Part shown: piece after piece, positions 9,796 to 19,185 of the stretch
How positions within the stretch are numbered: position 1 is the stretch's first letter
How the letters are laid out: each line of letters starts with the position of its first letter
Source of the DNA: Acidimicrobiia bacterium
GTDB taxonomy: Bacteria > Actinomycetota > Acidimicrobiia > Spongiisociales > ZC4RG35
Reading direction: 5' to 3'
Length of the DNA stretch: 64,000 bases
Assembly (NCBI GenBank): GCA_965209025.1
Contig: OZ242375.1
Location: 392,910-456,909 of the forward strand
Made by a program: the position numbers and the translations under genes
Notes under the pieces: generated by a model
The model's input: the letters and a program-made list of their open reading frames with translations, nothing else
The model's database searches: none
Told to the model about the DNA's origin: nothing

Positions 9796-12700
9796 GAGGC
9801 GAAGGCCCCCTGCCCCTCGGGCCAGGCCGGACAGAGCGAACGGACCCGGCACCTCCCGCATTCCCTTGAGGGTCGGGGTGGCCAGGGAAGGGGGTCCGCC
9901 CTCTCGGCCAATATCGCTTCGGCTATCTCCCGCAGTTCCCCCAACACCTCCTCCAGGTTGGCCCGGTCGAAGGATCGCGTCCATGAGGTTTCCCTGTCGC
10001 AGAGGGGAAACCACAGCTCCGCCGCCGCCACCCGGTCTGCGTCGGGCTCCCCACCCGACCGCGCCCACAGATAGAACCCCAACTGCAGGGAGACTGCTGC
10101 GTCCTTGACCGCCATCGGGTTCTTGGAGGTCTTGTAGTCCACGATGCGGAGTGTCCCGTCCTCCATGCGGTCCACCCGGTCGATCCGCCCCCGCCATTCT
10201 TTCCCGTCCAGGTCGACCCGGATTCTCTCTTCGAACCCGATGGCCCGGCTGCCGTCCGCGGTCCATCGCTCCGCCAACTGCTCCAGGAGCCTGGTCCCCC
10301 GCTCCAACCAGGCGTAGTCGAGCACCGGCGTTCCGAAGTCCATCTCTGCCAACCGGACGCTCAACTCATGCAGGGCGTCGGAGAGGTTCAGGCCGGGCTC
10401 TCCCTGCTCGGAGGACCGCCGGACGCTCTTCTCCAGGACGGCGTGCATCAGGCTGCCGAAGCGGAGGTATGGGTTGTCGTCGGAGGGATCCAGGCGCAGG
10501 CGTGACTCCAGGGCGTAGCGACGGGGGCACTTCTGGTAGGCCTCGGCCTGGGAGGCGGACATGACGTGCCCCGGGCTTATGAGACCGGTGTCCGGCCCCG
10601 GAGGGCGCACCCCCGCGAATCCCCGGGGATCCCAGAGGTCCCGGCGACCCGGGCGGGCCAGCACCCTGGCGGCGGCCAGCCGGCGTGGGAGGGTCTCGGA
10701 GATGTCCCGCTGGGTGCGTCGCAGATAGCTCTCTGTCTCGAGTCTCCCCACCGGGGAGGAGGCGGGCCGGCGGGCGGGACCCTCCAGCGGTTGGCCTACC
10801 CGGTCGGCCAGAGAGATCATGAACCTGCTGACGGTGCGCCGGGCCTCGTTGAGATCGGGAGAGGTGGTCGTCCACACCACCCGGCGGCTGGCGCGGGTCA
10901 TCGCTGTGTAGGCGAGGCTTCTCTCGTGCTCCAGTTGGAGTTGCACGAGCCCGAAGTGGTCCAGGTCCGGCCGGGACAGGAACTGACCCTCCAACAGGGA
11001 GTGGAAAGGCCGGGTGTCGGGGAACACCCCCTCGGTGGCGCCGGCGATGAACACCAACTCGAACTGTCGGCCCTTGGCCTGATGGATGGTGCTGATCGTC
11101 ACGCGGCTGTCCACCTCGCTGTGCGGTGGACGGAGGGGGGACGCCTCCAGGTCGCCTTCGAGTATCAGGCGCCGGTAGTCGAGGAGCGAGGTCTCGGGGG
11201 AACGCTCGGCCAGCCGGCCCAGGGTCTGGGCGAAGGAGGCCAGGGCGGAGCGATAGTCGGAAAGCCCTTCCGATTCCACGATCTCGCTGAACTGGGGGAC
11301 GGATTCCCACAGTTCCCAGAATCCCTTGGTAGCGGGAGGAGTCTCTGCCCAGGAGGAGTCGACCAACAGGTTGTTGAGCGCCCGGGCTTCCGGTAGGTGC
11401 CTTGAAAGAACCTCCGCCCAGCGTTGACCGTCCCGCCGGCGGATGCCGCCCAGTTCGGCCACCCTGCCCCGGGTCAGGGAGAACAGGGGGCCCAGCAGCA
11501 TGCTTTCCACTGTGCGGTTCACCGCGAGGGTGAACCACTCGGGGTGGTTCTGGGGATCGGGAACGTCCACCGCCGCAACCCAGGCCAGGTCGAGCACCAT
11601 ACGCACCGCGGGGTGGTCGATCAGCCGAGCGCCGGGTCGGGTGTGGGGTATGCGCTCTCGGTCCAGCGCCCGGGAGAGTCCCGCCAACACCTGAGAGGTC
11701 CGGGTGAGGACTGCTACCTCCGAGTAGGGGACCTGCTCGACGAGTCGGAGGCGCTTGATCTCGGCGGCTATCCAGTCGTGCTCGGTGGTCTCCTGGTCGA
11801 AGAGGAAGAGGTCCACCTTCCCGGAATGGGAGGCGGGGGAGGGGAGATACGGATGAGCGGCGAACAACTCTCCGGCAGGCGCCAGCACCTCTGCGGGAAC
11901 ACGGAAGCTGGTATCGAGCCTGAAGACCTCCGGCGGTGCTTTCCCGAGGGCGGCGAAGTCGGAGGGGAAGGACTGCACTGAGGCCCGCTCGGCGCCCCGG
12001 AAGAAGAAGGAGGTCTGGTCCGGGTCGGCAGCCGCGGTCAGGTGGCATCCGTTTGCCACCAGTTTCTTCAGTATCTCCGTCTGCACCACCGTGGCTTCCT
12101 GCAGTTCGTCGGCCAGCACATAGGGGAACCGGGCGGCCGTGCGCTTTCCGATGTCGGTGACTCCCAAAGCGCGGTTGGTGAGAAGCAGGAGGCCGGTGTA
12201 GTCGGTCTTCCCTTCCTCTCGCAGGCGGTCCAGGTACCGCTGGTAGAACCCGGGGAGGGCCGCCCAGGCCGGTCTCGCTCTTGCCTGGGCGGCCAGGTCC
12301 TCCGGAGTCACCCTCCGCTCACCGCACCTGAGCATGAAGTCGGCCAACTCTTCGGCCAGGGTGCGGGTCTTCAGCATCCGCCGGTAGAAAAGCGGCCAGT
12401 CTTGGGGTGGCTCATCGTCCAGCGTCTCTCGGACGAACTGGATCTGTTCAGGCGTGGTGAGAACCATCGGCGGCCGGGTGCCGCCCAAGAGCATCCGGGA
12501 GTGCTCCTCCACCAGGGCCCGGGCGAAGCCGTGGAAGGTCCCCACCGACAGTTCCCCGAAGGAACGCCGGGCGCCGGAGGTTATGCGGCCTCGGAGATCC
12601 GAGGCGGTCTCCCGGGAGAAGGTAAGAGCAAGCACCCCGTCCGAAGGGGCGATTCCGGAGTTGATCAGATGGGCGGCCCTGCGGGCGAGGAGTTCGGTCT

Positions 12701-12857
12701 TGCCGGTTCCAGGCCCGCCGATGATCAGCTGGGTCCCCTCGGTCCGGGCGATCAGGTTGGGCCAGTCCCCTGGCGAGATCCTGTGGCCGCGAAGGTGTTG
12801 TCCCGGAGAGTCAGGCGGCGACATGGAGGTCGACGGGCTGGCAGACGGGGCAGGCAT
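9792..12857 (-). CDS. adnA: AdnA-like helicase-nuclease subunit (UvrD-like domain plus C-terminal RecB-like Fe-S nuclease)
   Basis: IIGGPGTGKT Walker A. C-terminal YQKCPRRY...VDYKTSK...CGRCRVRSLCP. The start is ambiguous between GTG 12896, ATG 12857 and ATG 12824. Confidence 0.8.
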   Translation of the reverse strand: MPAPSASPSTSMSPPDSPGQHLRGHRISPGDWPNLIARTEGTQLIIGGPGTGKTELLARRAAHLINSGIAPSDGVLALTFSRETASDLRGRITSGARRSFGELSVGTFHGFARALVEEHSRMLLGGTRPPMVLTTPEQIQFVRETLDDEPPQDWPLFYRRMLKTRTLAEELADFMLRCGERRVTPEDLAAQARARPAWAALPGFYQRYLDRLREEGKTDYTGLLLLTNRALGVTDIGKRTAARFPYVLADELQEATVVQTEILKKLVANGCHLTAAADPDQTSFFFRGAERASVQSFPSDFAALGKAPPEVFRLDTSFRVPAEVLAPAGELFAAHPYLPSPASHSGKVDLFLFDQETTEHDWIAAEIKRLRLVEQVPYSEVAVLTRTSQVLAGLSRALDRERIPHTRPGARLIDHPAVRMVLDLAWVAAVDVPDPQNHPEWFTLAVNRTVESMLLGPLFSLTRGRVAELGGIRRRDGQRWAEVLSRHLPEARALNNLLVDSSWAETPPATKGFWELWESVPQFSEIVESEGLSDYRSALASFAQTLGRLAERSPETSLLDYRRLILEGDLEASPLRPPHSEVDSRVTISTIHQAKGRQFELVFIAGATEGVFPDTRPFHSLLEGQFLSRPDLDHFGLVQLQLEHERSLAYTAMTRASRRVVWTTTSPDLNEARRTVSRFMISLADRVGQPLEGPARRPASSPVGRLETESYLRRTQRDISETLPRRLAAARVLARPGRRDLWDPRGFAGVRPPGPDTGLISPGHVMSASQAEAYQKCPRRYALESRLRLDPSDDNPYLRFGSLMHAVLEKSVRRSSEQGEPGLNLSDALHELSVRLAEMDFGTPVLDYAWLERGTRLLEQLAERWTADGSRAIGFEERIRVDLDGKEWRGRIDRVDRMEDGTLRIVDYKTSKNPMAVKDAAVSLQLGFYLWARSGGEPDADRVAAAELWFPLCDRETSWTRSFDRANLEEVLGELREIAEAILAERADPLPWPPRPSRECGRCRVRSLCPAWPEGQGAFAS

Positions 12858-12983
12858 CGGCCGGTCCCTGCTCAACCGACTCGACGGTGATCCCACCCTC
12901 GGCCAGCCACTCCACGATCTCCCGGCAGTGGTTCGAATGGGTGTCGCCGGTGCTTTGAATCACTTGCTTTTCCATACGTGAAA

Positions 12984-13005
12984 AGCGTAGGAGGGGGGTG
13001 TGACA
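12984..13005 (-). promoter_or_regulatory. RecA-NDp/PafBC-type promoter motif variant upstream of adnA: TGTCACAC-N8-TACGCT
   Basis: The minus strand reads TGTCACAC cccctcc(c) TACGCT, 90-130 nt upstream of the adnA start candidates. Architecture matches the mycobacterial tgtCagtg-N8-TAnnnT motif. Confidence 0.5.
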
Positions 13006-13008
13006 CTT

Positions 13009-13956
13009 TTAGTTGTTGGGATCGGGAGGGGATGGTAGGTCGGTCCAGGCCGGACAGATGGCTTGGTAGGAGCACCAGTCGCACAGACGGGTCTTTCTGG
13101 TCGGGAATGTGCCGGTGCTGATCGCCCGGTCGATCGCCCACCACAGAGCCTGGAGTTGCTTCTTCACTCCCCGCAATTGCGTTGGCGAGACCGGAAGGCT
13201 ATGGACCTCCGAGTTGCCCAGGTAGAGCAGGCGGACCAGGTCCGGGGTCCTGTGGTGGTTCTCCTGGATCATCAGGGCATACACCTTCAGGGCGAAGAAG
13301 CTGGAGTCGGCAAAACGCAGGGGTGGAGCTTTTCCGGTCTTGTAATCGGTGATCACGAACCCGCCTCCGGGAGCAGGGTCCAGGCGGTCGATCACCCCGC
13401 GAATCTCGAGCCTTCTGTCGTCGTCCTGGCGGGATTTCCCATCATCGATCTCCAGGGAGATGTGCAATTCTCTCTCCAACGGTTCCAAGTCCCGAGGATC
13501 CTCGATTTGGAAGTACCTCTCGGCAACCGCCCGGCTGCTCCGGTGGAATTCCTCCCGGCTCTCGGGGTCCCCGGCGAAGAGTTCCCGGTATTCGTCCCCT
13601 TCGAGCGTTTCCTCCCAGGCGACGTCGAACAGTTCCAGGAGACGTTCGGGATGGCGCTCGGCGGCGGGAAGCAGGAACAGCCTCTCCAGGGCGAGGTGGA
13701 CGGCGGTCCCCCGGGCCTGGGCGGGAGTAGGGATGGAAGGGAGCTTGTCCACGTGGCGGTATTTGAACAACTGGGGACAGGTCTTGAAGTCTGAGGCCCG
13801 GCTGGGGGAGAGGTTGGCCAGCGGTCCGCCCTCCTCTGCCGGGGCCGGAGCGTCGCCATCGGGAGGGGGTGGCTCCGTGGGTTCGGGGCCGGAGGCGCGG
13901 TCGAAGGTACCGGGGGTCTCGGCTTCCTCCAGCAAAGTTCCGGGCGCGGGATCCAT
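13009..13956 (-). CDS. RecB-family exonuclease (Cas4-like PD-(D/E)XK with a 4-Cys cluster)
   Basis: FKTCPQLFKY...ITDYKTGK...CDWCSYQAICP. The N-terminal ~50 aa are Pro/Glu-rich and low-complexity. Confidence 0.75.
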   Translation of the reverse strand: MDPAPGTLLEEAETPGTFDRASGPEPTEPPPPDGDAPAPAEEGGPLANLSPSRASDFKTCPQLFKYRHVDKLPSIPTPAQARGTAVHLALERLFLLPAAERHPERLLELFDVAWEETLEGDEYRELFAGDPESREEFHRSSRAVAERYFQIEDPRDLEPLERELHISLEIDDGKSRQDDDRRLEIRGVIDRLDPAPGGGFVITDYKTGKAPPLRFADSSFFALKVYALMIQENHHRTPDLVRLLYLGNSEVHSLPVSPTQLRGVKKQLQALWWAIDRAISTGTFPTRKTRLCDWCSYQAICPAWTDLPSPPDPNN

Positions 13957-14176
13957 CAGAGACGATCATAAGGGAACCATGGGACATTTCCCGGCCTCTC
14001 GGAGGGGATCCGCCGGTTGTCGCGAAACATGTCTCGCCGGGCGCGCCCACCGGCGGGAGCGGGGGTCCGAACGGGTCTCCGGATCCCGGGGAGGGTCGTG
14101 CAGGTTTTCCTGGTATTGGCTCAACCTCCAATATTGCTAGCCTGAAACCCGCGACGCCTCCCCAGAGTCCACGAAA

Positions 14177-16801
14177 ATGGAAAGCGCCCAGGTACGTCAG
14201 ACCTTTCTCGATTTTTTTGCCGAACGCGGCCACACCGTGCGCCCGTCGGCCTCTCTCATCCCGGTCGACCCCACCCTATTGGTGACCAATGCCGGGATGG
14301 TTCCCTTCAAGCCCTATTTCCTGGGAGAGGAGACGCCGCCCTACCCGCGGGCGGTGAGCGTCCAGAAGTGCGTCAGGACCATCGACATCGACATCATCGG
14401 GACCACCGCCCGCCACACCTCGTTCTTCGAGATGATGGGCAACTTCAGCTTCGGCGACTACTTCAAGAGAGACGCAATCCGCTGGTCCTATGAACTGGTG
14501 ACCGAGGGTTACGGGCTCGACCCTGAGCGCCTGTGGTTCACCGTCTATGAGACCGATGACGAGGCCGCCGAACTGTGGGTCTCGGAAGTAGGGGCGCCCC
14601 CCGATCGGGTGCAGCGGGGAGGAAGGGACAACTTCTGGCAGATGGGGGTGCCGGGGCCATGCGGGCCGTGCTCAGAGATCTTCTACGACCTCGGTCCCGA
14701 GTACGGAGAGGGAGGAGGTCCCATCGGGGGCGGAGAGGACCGCTACGTGGAACTGTGGAACCTGGTGTTCATGCAGAACATCCAGGACCGGCCATTCCAT
14801 GTGGTCGGGGACCTTCCCCGCAAGGGTGTGGACACCGGGATGGGGCTCGAACGGACCGCCATGGTGCTCCAGGGAGTCGGAAGCGCTTTCGAGACCGACG
14901 TGATGCGTCCGGTGCTGGAGGTCGCCTCATCGATCTGCGGAGTGGATTACGGAGCGGGTCCCCTCTCGGACGTGTCGCTGCGGATCCTGGCCGACCACGG
15001 TCGGGCCATGACCCTCCTGATCGCCGACGGGGTGGTCCCCTCCAACGAGGGACGGGGCTATGTCCTGCGGAGGCTGATCCGCCGGGCGGTGCGGCACGGG
15101 TGGCAACTGGGATACGAGGGGCTCATGATGCCCAGGCTGGCGTCCGCCACGGTCAAGGCGTTGGGCGACGCCTATCCGGAGATCATCGATACCTATGACC
15201 TGATACTGAAGATCGTTTCCCAGGAGGAGTACCGGTTCCTCCGCACTCTGGAATCGGGGCACTCGATCCTGCAGGGAGAGATGGAGAGCCTGGACGAGGG
15301 CCAGGTTCTCTCCGGAGAGGTTGCCTTCCGGCTCCACGACACGTACGGGTTCCCCTTCGAGCTGATCATGGAGATCTCCGAGGAGAGGCAGGTGGCGGTT
15401 GACGAGGATGAGTTCAGCCGCCTGATGGATGAGCAGCGCGAGCGGGCCCGGCAGGCCTGGAAGGGGGGAGACGAGGCTGCCGCGGCCGACCTGTACCGGG
15501 GATTGCTGGATGAGGTCGGGACGTGCGAGTTCCTTGGTTACGACCATGAGGAGGCGAGGGGTCGGGTGTTGGCCATACTGGCGGAGGGCGAGCAGGTTTC
15601 GGTGGCCCGGGAAGGGGAGGAGGTGGAGGTGTTCCTGGACCGGACGCCCTTCTACGCCGAGGCGGGCGGCCAGGTGGGGGACACGGGGATAATGGTCTCG
15701 GACACCGGGGAGTTGGAGATCGCCGACACCCGCCATCCCCTCCAGGGCCTGTCGGGGCACCGGGCCCGGGTGAAGAGGGGATGGATCGGAACCGGCCAGA
15801 CCGTCCGAGCGGGCATCGACGCCCTGCGCCGCGAGGGAATCCGAAAGAGCCACACCGCCACCCACATTCTCCACTGGGCCCTCCGGGAGGGTCTGGGAGA
15901 CCACGTCCGCCAGGCGGGGTCGCTGGTCACCGACGGCCGGCTCCGCTTCGACTTCTCCCACTACTCGGGTCTGGAACCCCGAGAGCTCGCCGAGATAGAT
16001 GACCTGACGAACCGCAAAGTGATCGGCAACGGGCACGTGAACACCACGGTCATGCCCATCGACGAGGCCCGCGCCTCGGGTGCTCTCGCCTTCTTCGGTG
16101 ACAAGTACGGAGAGCAGGTGCGAGTGGTCCAGGTGGGCGACTACTCCCGGGAGTTTTGCGGGGGCACGCATGTTCCCACCGCCGGCCAGACCGGCCCGGT
16201 GGTGGTACTGGGCGAGTCTTCGATCGGCGCCAACCTGCGCAGGATCGAAGCGCTCTCCGGCCAGGCGGCCTACGACCATCTGATAGCGGTGCGGGACGCC
16301 CTGGACCGCACCGGAAAGCGGCTCACCGTCCCCTGGACGCAGGTCCCAGAGCGGGTGGAGGCGTTATTGGAACGGGTTGGCGAGTTGGAGGACGAACTGA
16401 ATGAGATTCGCTCCGCCCGGAGGGGCGAACTCGCCGAGGAACTGGCGGGGTCGGCCCGGACATGCAACAACTTCAAACTGGTCATCTCCGCCCAGGAGGG
16501 GCTGGACACCAACCAGTTGAGGCAGTTGGCCATCGGGGTGAGGGATCGGATCTCCCCCGGTGTGGTGATCGTCGGCTCCGTTGCCAACGGCAAGGGTGCG
16601 GTGGTGGGAGCGGTCAGCCCCCTCCTGGTGAGAGAGGGCGTATCCGCCGGTGAACTGGTGGGGACCGCAGCCCGGCTGATGGGCGGGGGGAGTTCCCGTG
16701 ATCCCGAGTTGTCCCAGGGGGGAGGGCCTCGCGGCCAGTTCTTGGAGGAGGCCCTGGAACAGGCCGGGAGCGCGGCGGCCCAAGCCCTTGCGGGGGTGTG
16801 A
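14177..16801 (+). CDS. alaS: alanine--tRNA ligase
   Basis: N-terminus MESAQVRQTFLDFF. Length of 874 aa and collinear AlaRS motifs. Confidence 0.95.
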   Translation: MESAQVRQTFLDFFAERGHTVRPSASLIPVDPTLLVTNAGMVPFKPYFLGEETPPYPRAVSVQKCVRTIDIDIIGTTARHTSFFEMMGNFSFGDYFKRDAIRWSYELVTEGYGLDPERLWFTVYETDDEAAELWVSEVGAPPDRVQRGGRDNFWQMGVPGPCGPCSEIFYDLGPEYGEGGGPIGGGEDRYVELWNLVFMQNIQDRPFHVVGDLPRKGVDTGMGLERTAMVLQGVGSAFETDVMRPVLEVASSICGVDYGAGPLSDVSLRILADHGRAMTLLIADGVVPSNEGRGYVLRRLIRRAVRHGWQLGYEGLMMPRLASATVKALGDAYPEIIDTYDLILKIVSQEEYRFLRTLESGHSILQGEMESLDEGQVLSGEVAFRLHDTYGFPFELIMEISEERQVAVDEDEFSRLMDEQRERARQAWKGGDEAAAADLYRGLLDEVGTCEFLGYDHEEARGRVLAILAEGEQVSVAREGEEVEVFLDRTPFYAEAGGQVGDTGIMVSDTGELEIADTRHPLQGLSGHRARVKRGWIGTGQTVRAGIDALRREGIRKSHTATHILHWALREGLGDHVRQAGSLVTDGRLRFDFSHYSGLEPRELAEIDDLTNRKVIGNGHVNTTVMPIDEARASGALAFFGDKYGEQVRVVQVGDYSREFCGGTHVPTAGQTGPVVVLGESSIGANLRRIEALSGQAAYDHLIAVRDALDRTGKRLTVPWTQVPERVEALLERVGELEDELNEIRSARRGELAEELAGSARTCNNFKLVISAQEGLDTNQLRQLAIGVRDRISPGVVIVGSVANGKGAVVGAVSPLLVREGVSAGELVGTAARLMGGGSSRDPELSQGGGPRGQFLEEALEQAGSAAAQALAGV

Positions 16802-16802
16802 A

Positions 16803-17243
16803 CTGGGACGGGTTCTGGCCGTGGACCCGGGTGAGCGGAGGGTGGGGGTGGCTCTGTCCGACCCCGGGGGGATAATCGCCCAGCCCTTCGGGGTCATCGA
16901 CCGGTCCCGGAGCGATGTGGTGGAGGAGGTGAAGAAGATAGCGCGGGAGCACGATGTGGACACGATCGTGGTCGGTCTGCCGGTGAGTCTGTCCGGCCGG
17001 GAGGGACCTTCCGCCGCCTCAGCCCGGCGACTGGCCGAGAAGCTGGGATCGGCTACCGGCCTGACGGTCGACATGCATGACGAGCGGTACTCCACGGTGG
17101 CGGCCGAGCGGATCATGAGAGAAGGAGGCGCTCCCCCGAAGAAGCGCCGTCACCGCCGCGACAAGGTGGCGGCAGCCATCATCCTCTCCGAGTACCTCAT
17201 GGGCCGGTCCCCGGAGGCCGGAGAGTCGGGTGGTCGGAGTTGA
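16803..17243 (+). CDS. ruvX: Holliday-junction resolvase-like YqgF/RuvX
   Basis: VLAVDPGERRVGVALSD...TIVVGLP...DERYSTVAAE. Non-ATG start immediately after the alaS stop; exact start uncertain. Confidence 0.8.
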   Translation: MGRVLAVDPGERRVGVALSDPGGIIAQPFGVIDRSRSDVVEEVKKIAREHDVDTIVVGLPVSLSGREGPSAASARRLAEKLGSATGLTVDMHDERYSTVAAERIMREGGAPPKKRRHRRDKVAAAIILSEYLMGRSPEAGESGGRS

Positions 17244-18352
17244 GCGGCGCCTCCGACTTCGACCAGCCACCCCGCCAGCCGAATCTCTGGGGACCGCTTC
17301 GTCTGCTGGCGGTGGCCGCCATCGTGGTGGTGGCCGGACTGTTCGTCATCAACCAGGGCGCCCGGCTGGGTCAGAATGTGGGCGAGCGGCTCGGACCGGT
17401 GGAGACCGCCGCGCCCGCGGCTGTCGTAACCCCCGGCATCTCGGTGGAGGTGGAAATACCCTTCGGTTCGTCGGCGACCCGGGTGGCGGAGATCATGGTG
17501 TCGGCGGGGGTCATCTCCGACTCGGGGCTGTTGCTGGCGGCGGTCCAGGACGCCGGGGTGGCCGGCTCCATACAAGCCGGCACCTACCAGTTGGTCACCG
17601 GCATCTCGGTGGAGCAACTGTTGGTGGAACTCCTGGAGGGTCCGGTGGCGCCCACCTACCGGATCACCGTCTTCGCCGGCCAGCGGATCGACGAGATCCT
17701 CGACATCCTGGCCGACGCCTCCCGGACTGACAGGGCGCAGTTCACCGAAGCTCTCCTGGACGGATCGGTCGTCTCTTCGCTGGTGGACCAGACCCGGCCG
17801 CTCACCCTGCAGTCGTGGGAGGGCCTGCTGTTCCCGGACACCTACGAGTTCCGCAACGAGGCGGGCCCCGTCGAGATACTGCAGCGGCTGGCGGAAACCA
17901 TGGAGCAGCGCTTCTCCCTGGTTGACTGGAGCGATCTCGAAGCCGGAGGACTCACCCCCTACCAGGGCATAGTCATCGCCTCCATCATCGAGGCGGAGGT
18001 TCGGATCGCCGAGGAACGCCCGGTGGTGTCGAGCGTCCTGCGCAACCGCCTTGATGACGGCATGGTGCTTCAGATGGACAGCACCATCCTCTATGCGGTG
18101 GGAACCCGCGACATCGCCCTCTTCGATCCCGATGTGGATTCTCCCTACAACACCTATCGGGTTCAGGGCCTTCCCCCCACTCCCATCGCGGCTCCCAGCT
18201 TCTCGTCGCTCCAGGCAGCCGCTTCGCCGGCCGACACCGAGTATCGCTTCTTCGTGCTCAGTTCAACCGACGGCCAACACACGTTCTCGGTGACCGCCGA
18301 GGAGCACTTTGCGGCTGTGGACAAAGCCCGAGCCGAGGGGGTGCTCCCATGA
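17240..18352 (+). CDS. mltG: endolytic murein transglycosylase MltG (YceG family)
   Basis: N-terminal transmembrane helix. LFPDTYEF...YQGIVIASIIEAE...PSFSSL YceG motifs. Confidence 0.85.
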   Translation: MSGASDFDQPPRQPNLWGPLRLLAVAAIVVVAGLFVINQGARLGQNVGERLGPVETAAPAAVVTPGISVEVEIPFGSSATRVAEIMVSAGVISDSGLLLAAVQDAGVAGSIQAGTYQLVTGISVEQLLVELLEGPVAPTYRITVFAGQRIDEILDILADASRTDRAQFTEALLDGSVVSSLVDQTRPLTLQSWEGLLFPDTYEFRNEAGPVEILQRLAETMEQRFSLVDWSDLEAGGLTPYQGIVIASIIEAEVRIAEERPVVSSVLRNRLDDGMVLQMDSTILYAVGTRDIALFDPDVDSPYNTYRVQGLPPTPIAAPSFSSLQAAASPADTEYRFFVLSSTDGQHTFSVTAEEHFAAVDKARAEGVLP

Positions 18353-19185
18353 CAGGCGGGTCACCGTCCGTCCCGCCTCCCGGGGGATATCGGCTGGCGG
18401 TGCTGGGAGACCCGGTTTCCCACTCACTCTCGCCGCCCATGCACAACGCTGTTCTGGCTGCTTTGGGCCTGGAAGGGGTGTACAGTCGGAGGCGGGTGGA
18501 TCAACGGGGGATGACATCGGCGGCTTCGGAGATGCGGACCGGAGAGTTGCACGGCGCCAACATCACCATGCCGCACAAGGGAGTGGCGGCCAGCTTGGCG
18601 GACGGGTTGAGTACTGACGCGGCGCGGGCAGGATCGGTGAACACATGGACGTTGGAAGACCGTGGGAGGCTGGTGGGACACAGCACCGACGTGGAAGCCA
18701 TCCGCCGGGTGTGGGTCCGGGCGGGACTGCCCACCGACGGCCCGGTGCTGGTGGTGGGAGCGGGTGGGGCCGCCGCGGCCGCCATGGTGGCGTTGGATGA
18801 CCGGGACCTGTGGTGCTCGGCGCGCCGACCCGAGGCTGTCTCGTCCTTGGCGGGGCGGGTTGACGTTCCGTTTCGACTGCTGGAGTGGGGAGGGAGCCTG
18901 CCGGGAGCGGTGGTGGTGAACGCCACGCCCCTGGGCATGCGGGGAGGAGAATTGCCGGTGAGGCTCCTGGAAGAGTCCATGGGCCTGTTCGACATGGCGT
19001 ATGTGGCCGGCGGGGAGGAAACGGGAGCCGTCAGGTGGATGAGAGAGCGCCGGAAGCCTGCCTCCGACGGACTGGAGATGCTGGCCGCCCAGGCGGAGGC
19101 TTCCTTCGAGATGTGGACGGGTCACAGGGCTCCGGCCGGTCTCATGGAACGGGTTGCCAGAACGGGAGCGACCGGCGCCGGATGA
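18349..19185 (+). CDS. aroE: shikimate dehydrogenase
   Basis: GDPVSHSLSPPMHNA...NITMPHK. The ATGA start overlaps the mltG stop. Confidence 0.85.
   Translation: MTGGSPSVPPPGGYRLAVLGDPVSHSLSPPMHNAVLAALGLEGVYSRRRVDQRGMTSAASEMRTGELHGANITMPHKGVAASLADGLSTDAARAGSVNTWTLEDRGRLVGHSTDVEAIRRVWVRAGLPTDGPVLVVGAGGAAAAAMVALDDRDLWCSARRPEAVSSLAGRVDVPFRLLEWGGSLPGAVVVNATPLGMRGGELPVRLLEESMGLFDMAYVAGGEETGAVRWMRERRKPASDGLEMLAAQAEASFEMWTGHRAPAGLMERVARTGATGAG

Noticed and set aside
9796-10266. The long ORF 6568-10266 would give AdnB a 157-aa N-terminal extension overlapping the 3' end of adnA by 475 nt.
   Set aside because: The extension is Gly/Arg/Pro-rich typical of out-of-frame high-GC sequence. A GTG at 9795 gives a canonical GTGA stop-start overlap, and the UvrD-like N-terminus (LSPEQQAVV) begins about 10 aa after it.
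2134-12890. Numerous 100-560-aa ORFs antisense to, or overlapping, the nuclease, MMPL and adnAB genes (e.g. 10366-12048, 7050-8390, 8803-9558, 4877-5530).
   Set aside because: Their composition is Arg/Gly/Pro-rich, as expected for alternative frames of 68% GC coding DNA. They carry no motifs, and the sense-strand genes explain the region.
12938-12952. GGTTCGAAT T-loop-like sequence in the adnA / Cas4-like intergenic region (possible tRNA).
   Set aside because: No acceptor stem or anticodon arm can be built around it. The local hairpin GCTTTTC-N7-GAAAAGC is better explained as the 5' region of the adnA transcript.
14017-14034. cgcgAAACATGTCTCg resembles a mycobacterial LexA SOS box (TCGAAC-N4-GTTCGA).
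   Set aside because: Only the central AACATGT matches. The half-sites are not TCGAAC/GTTCGA. It is better grouped with the TCGCGAAA boxes.
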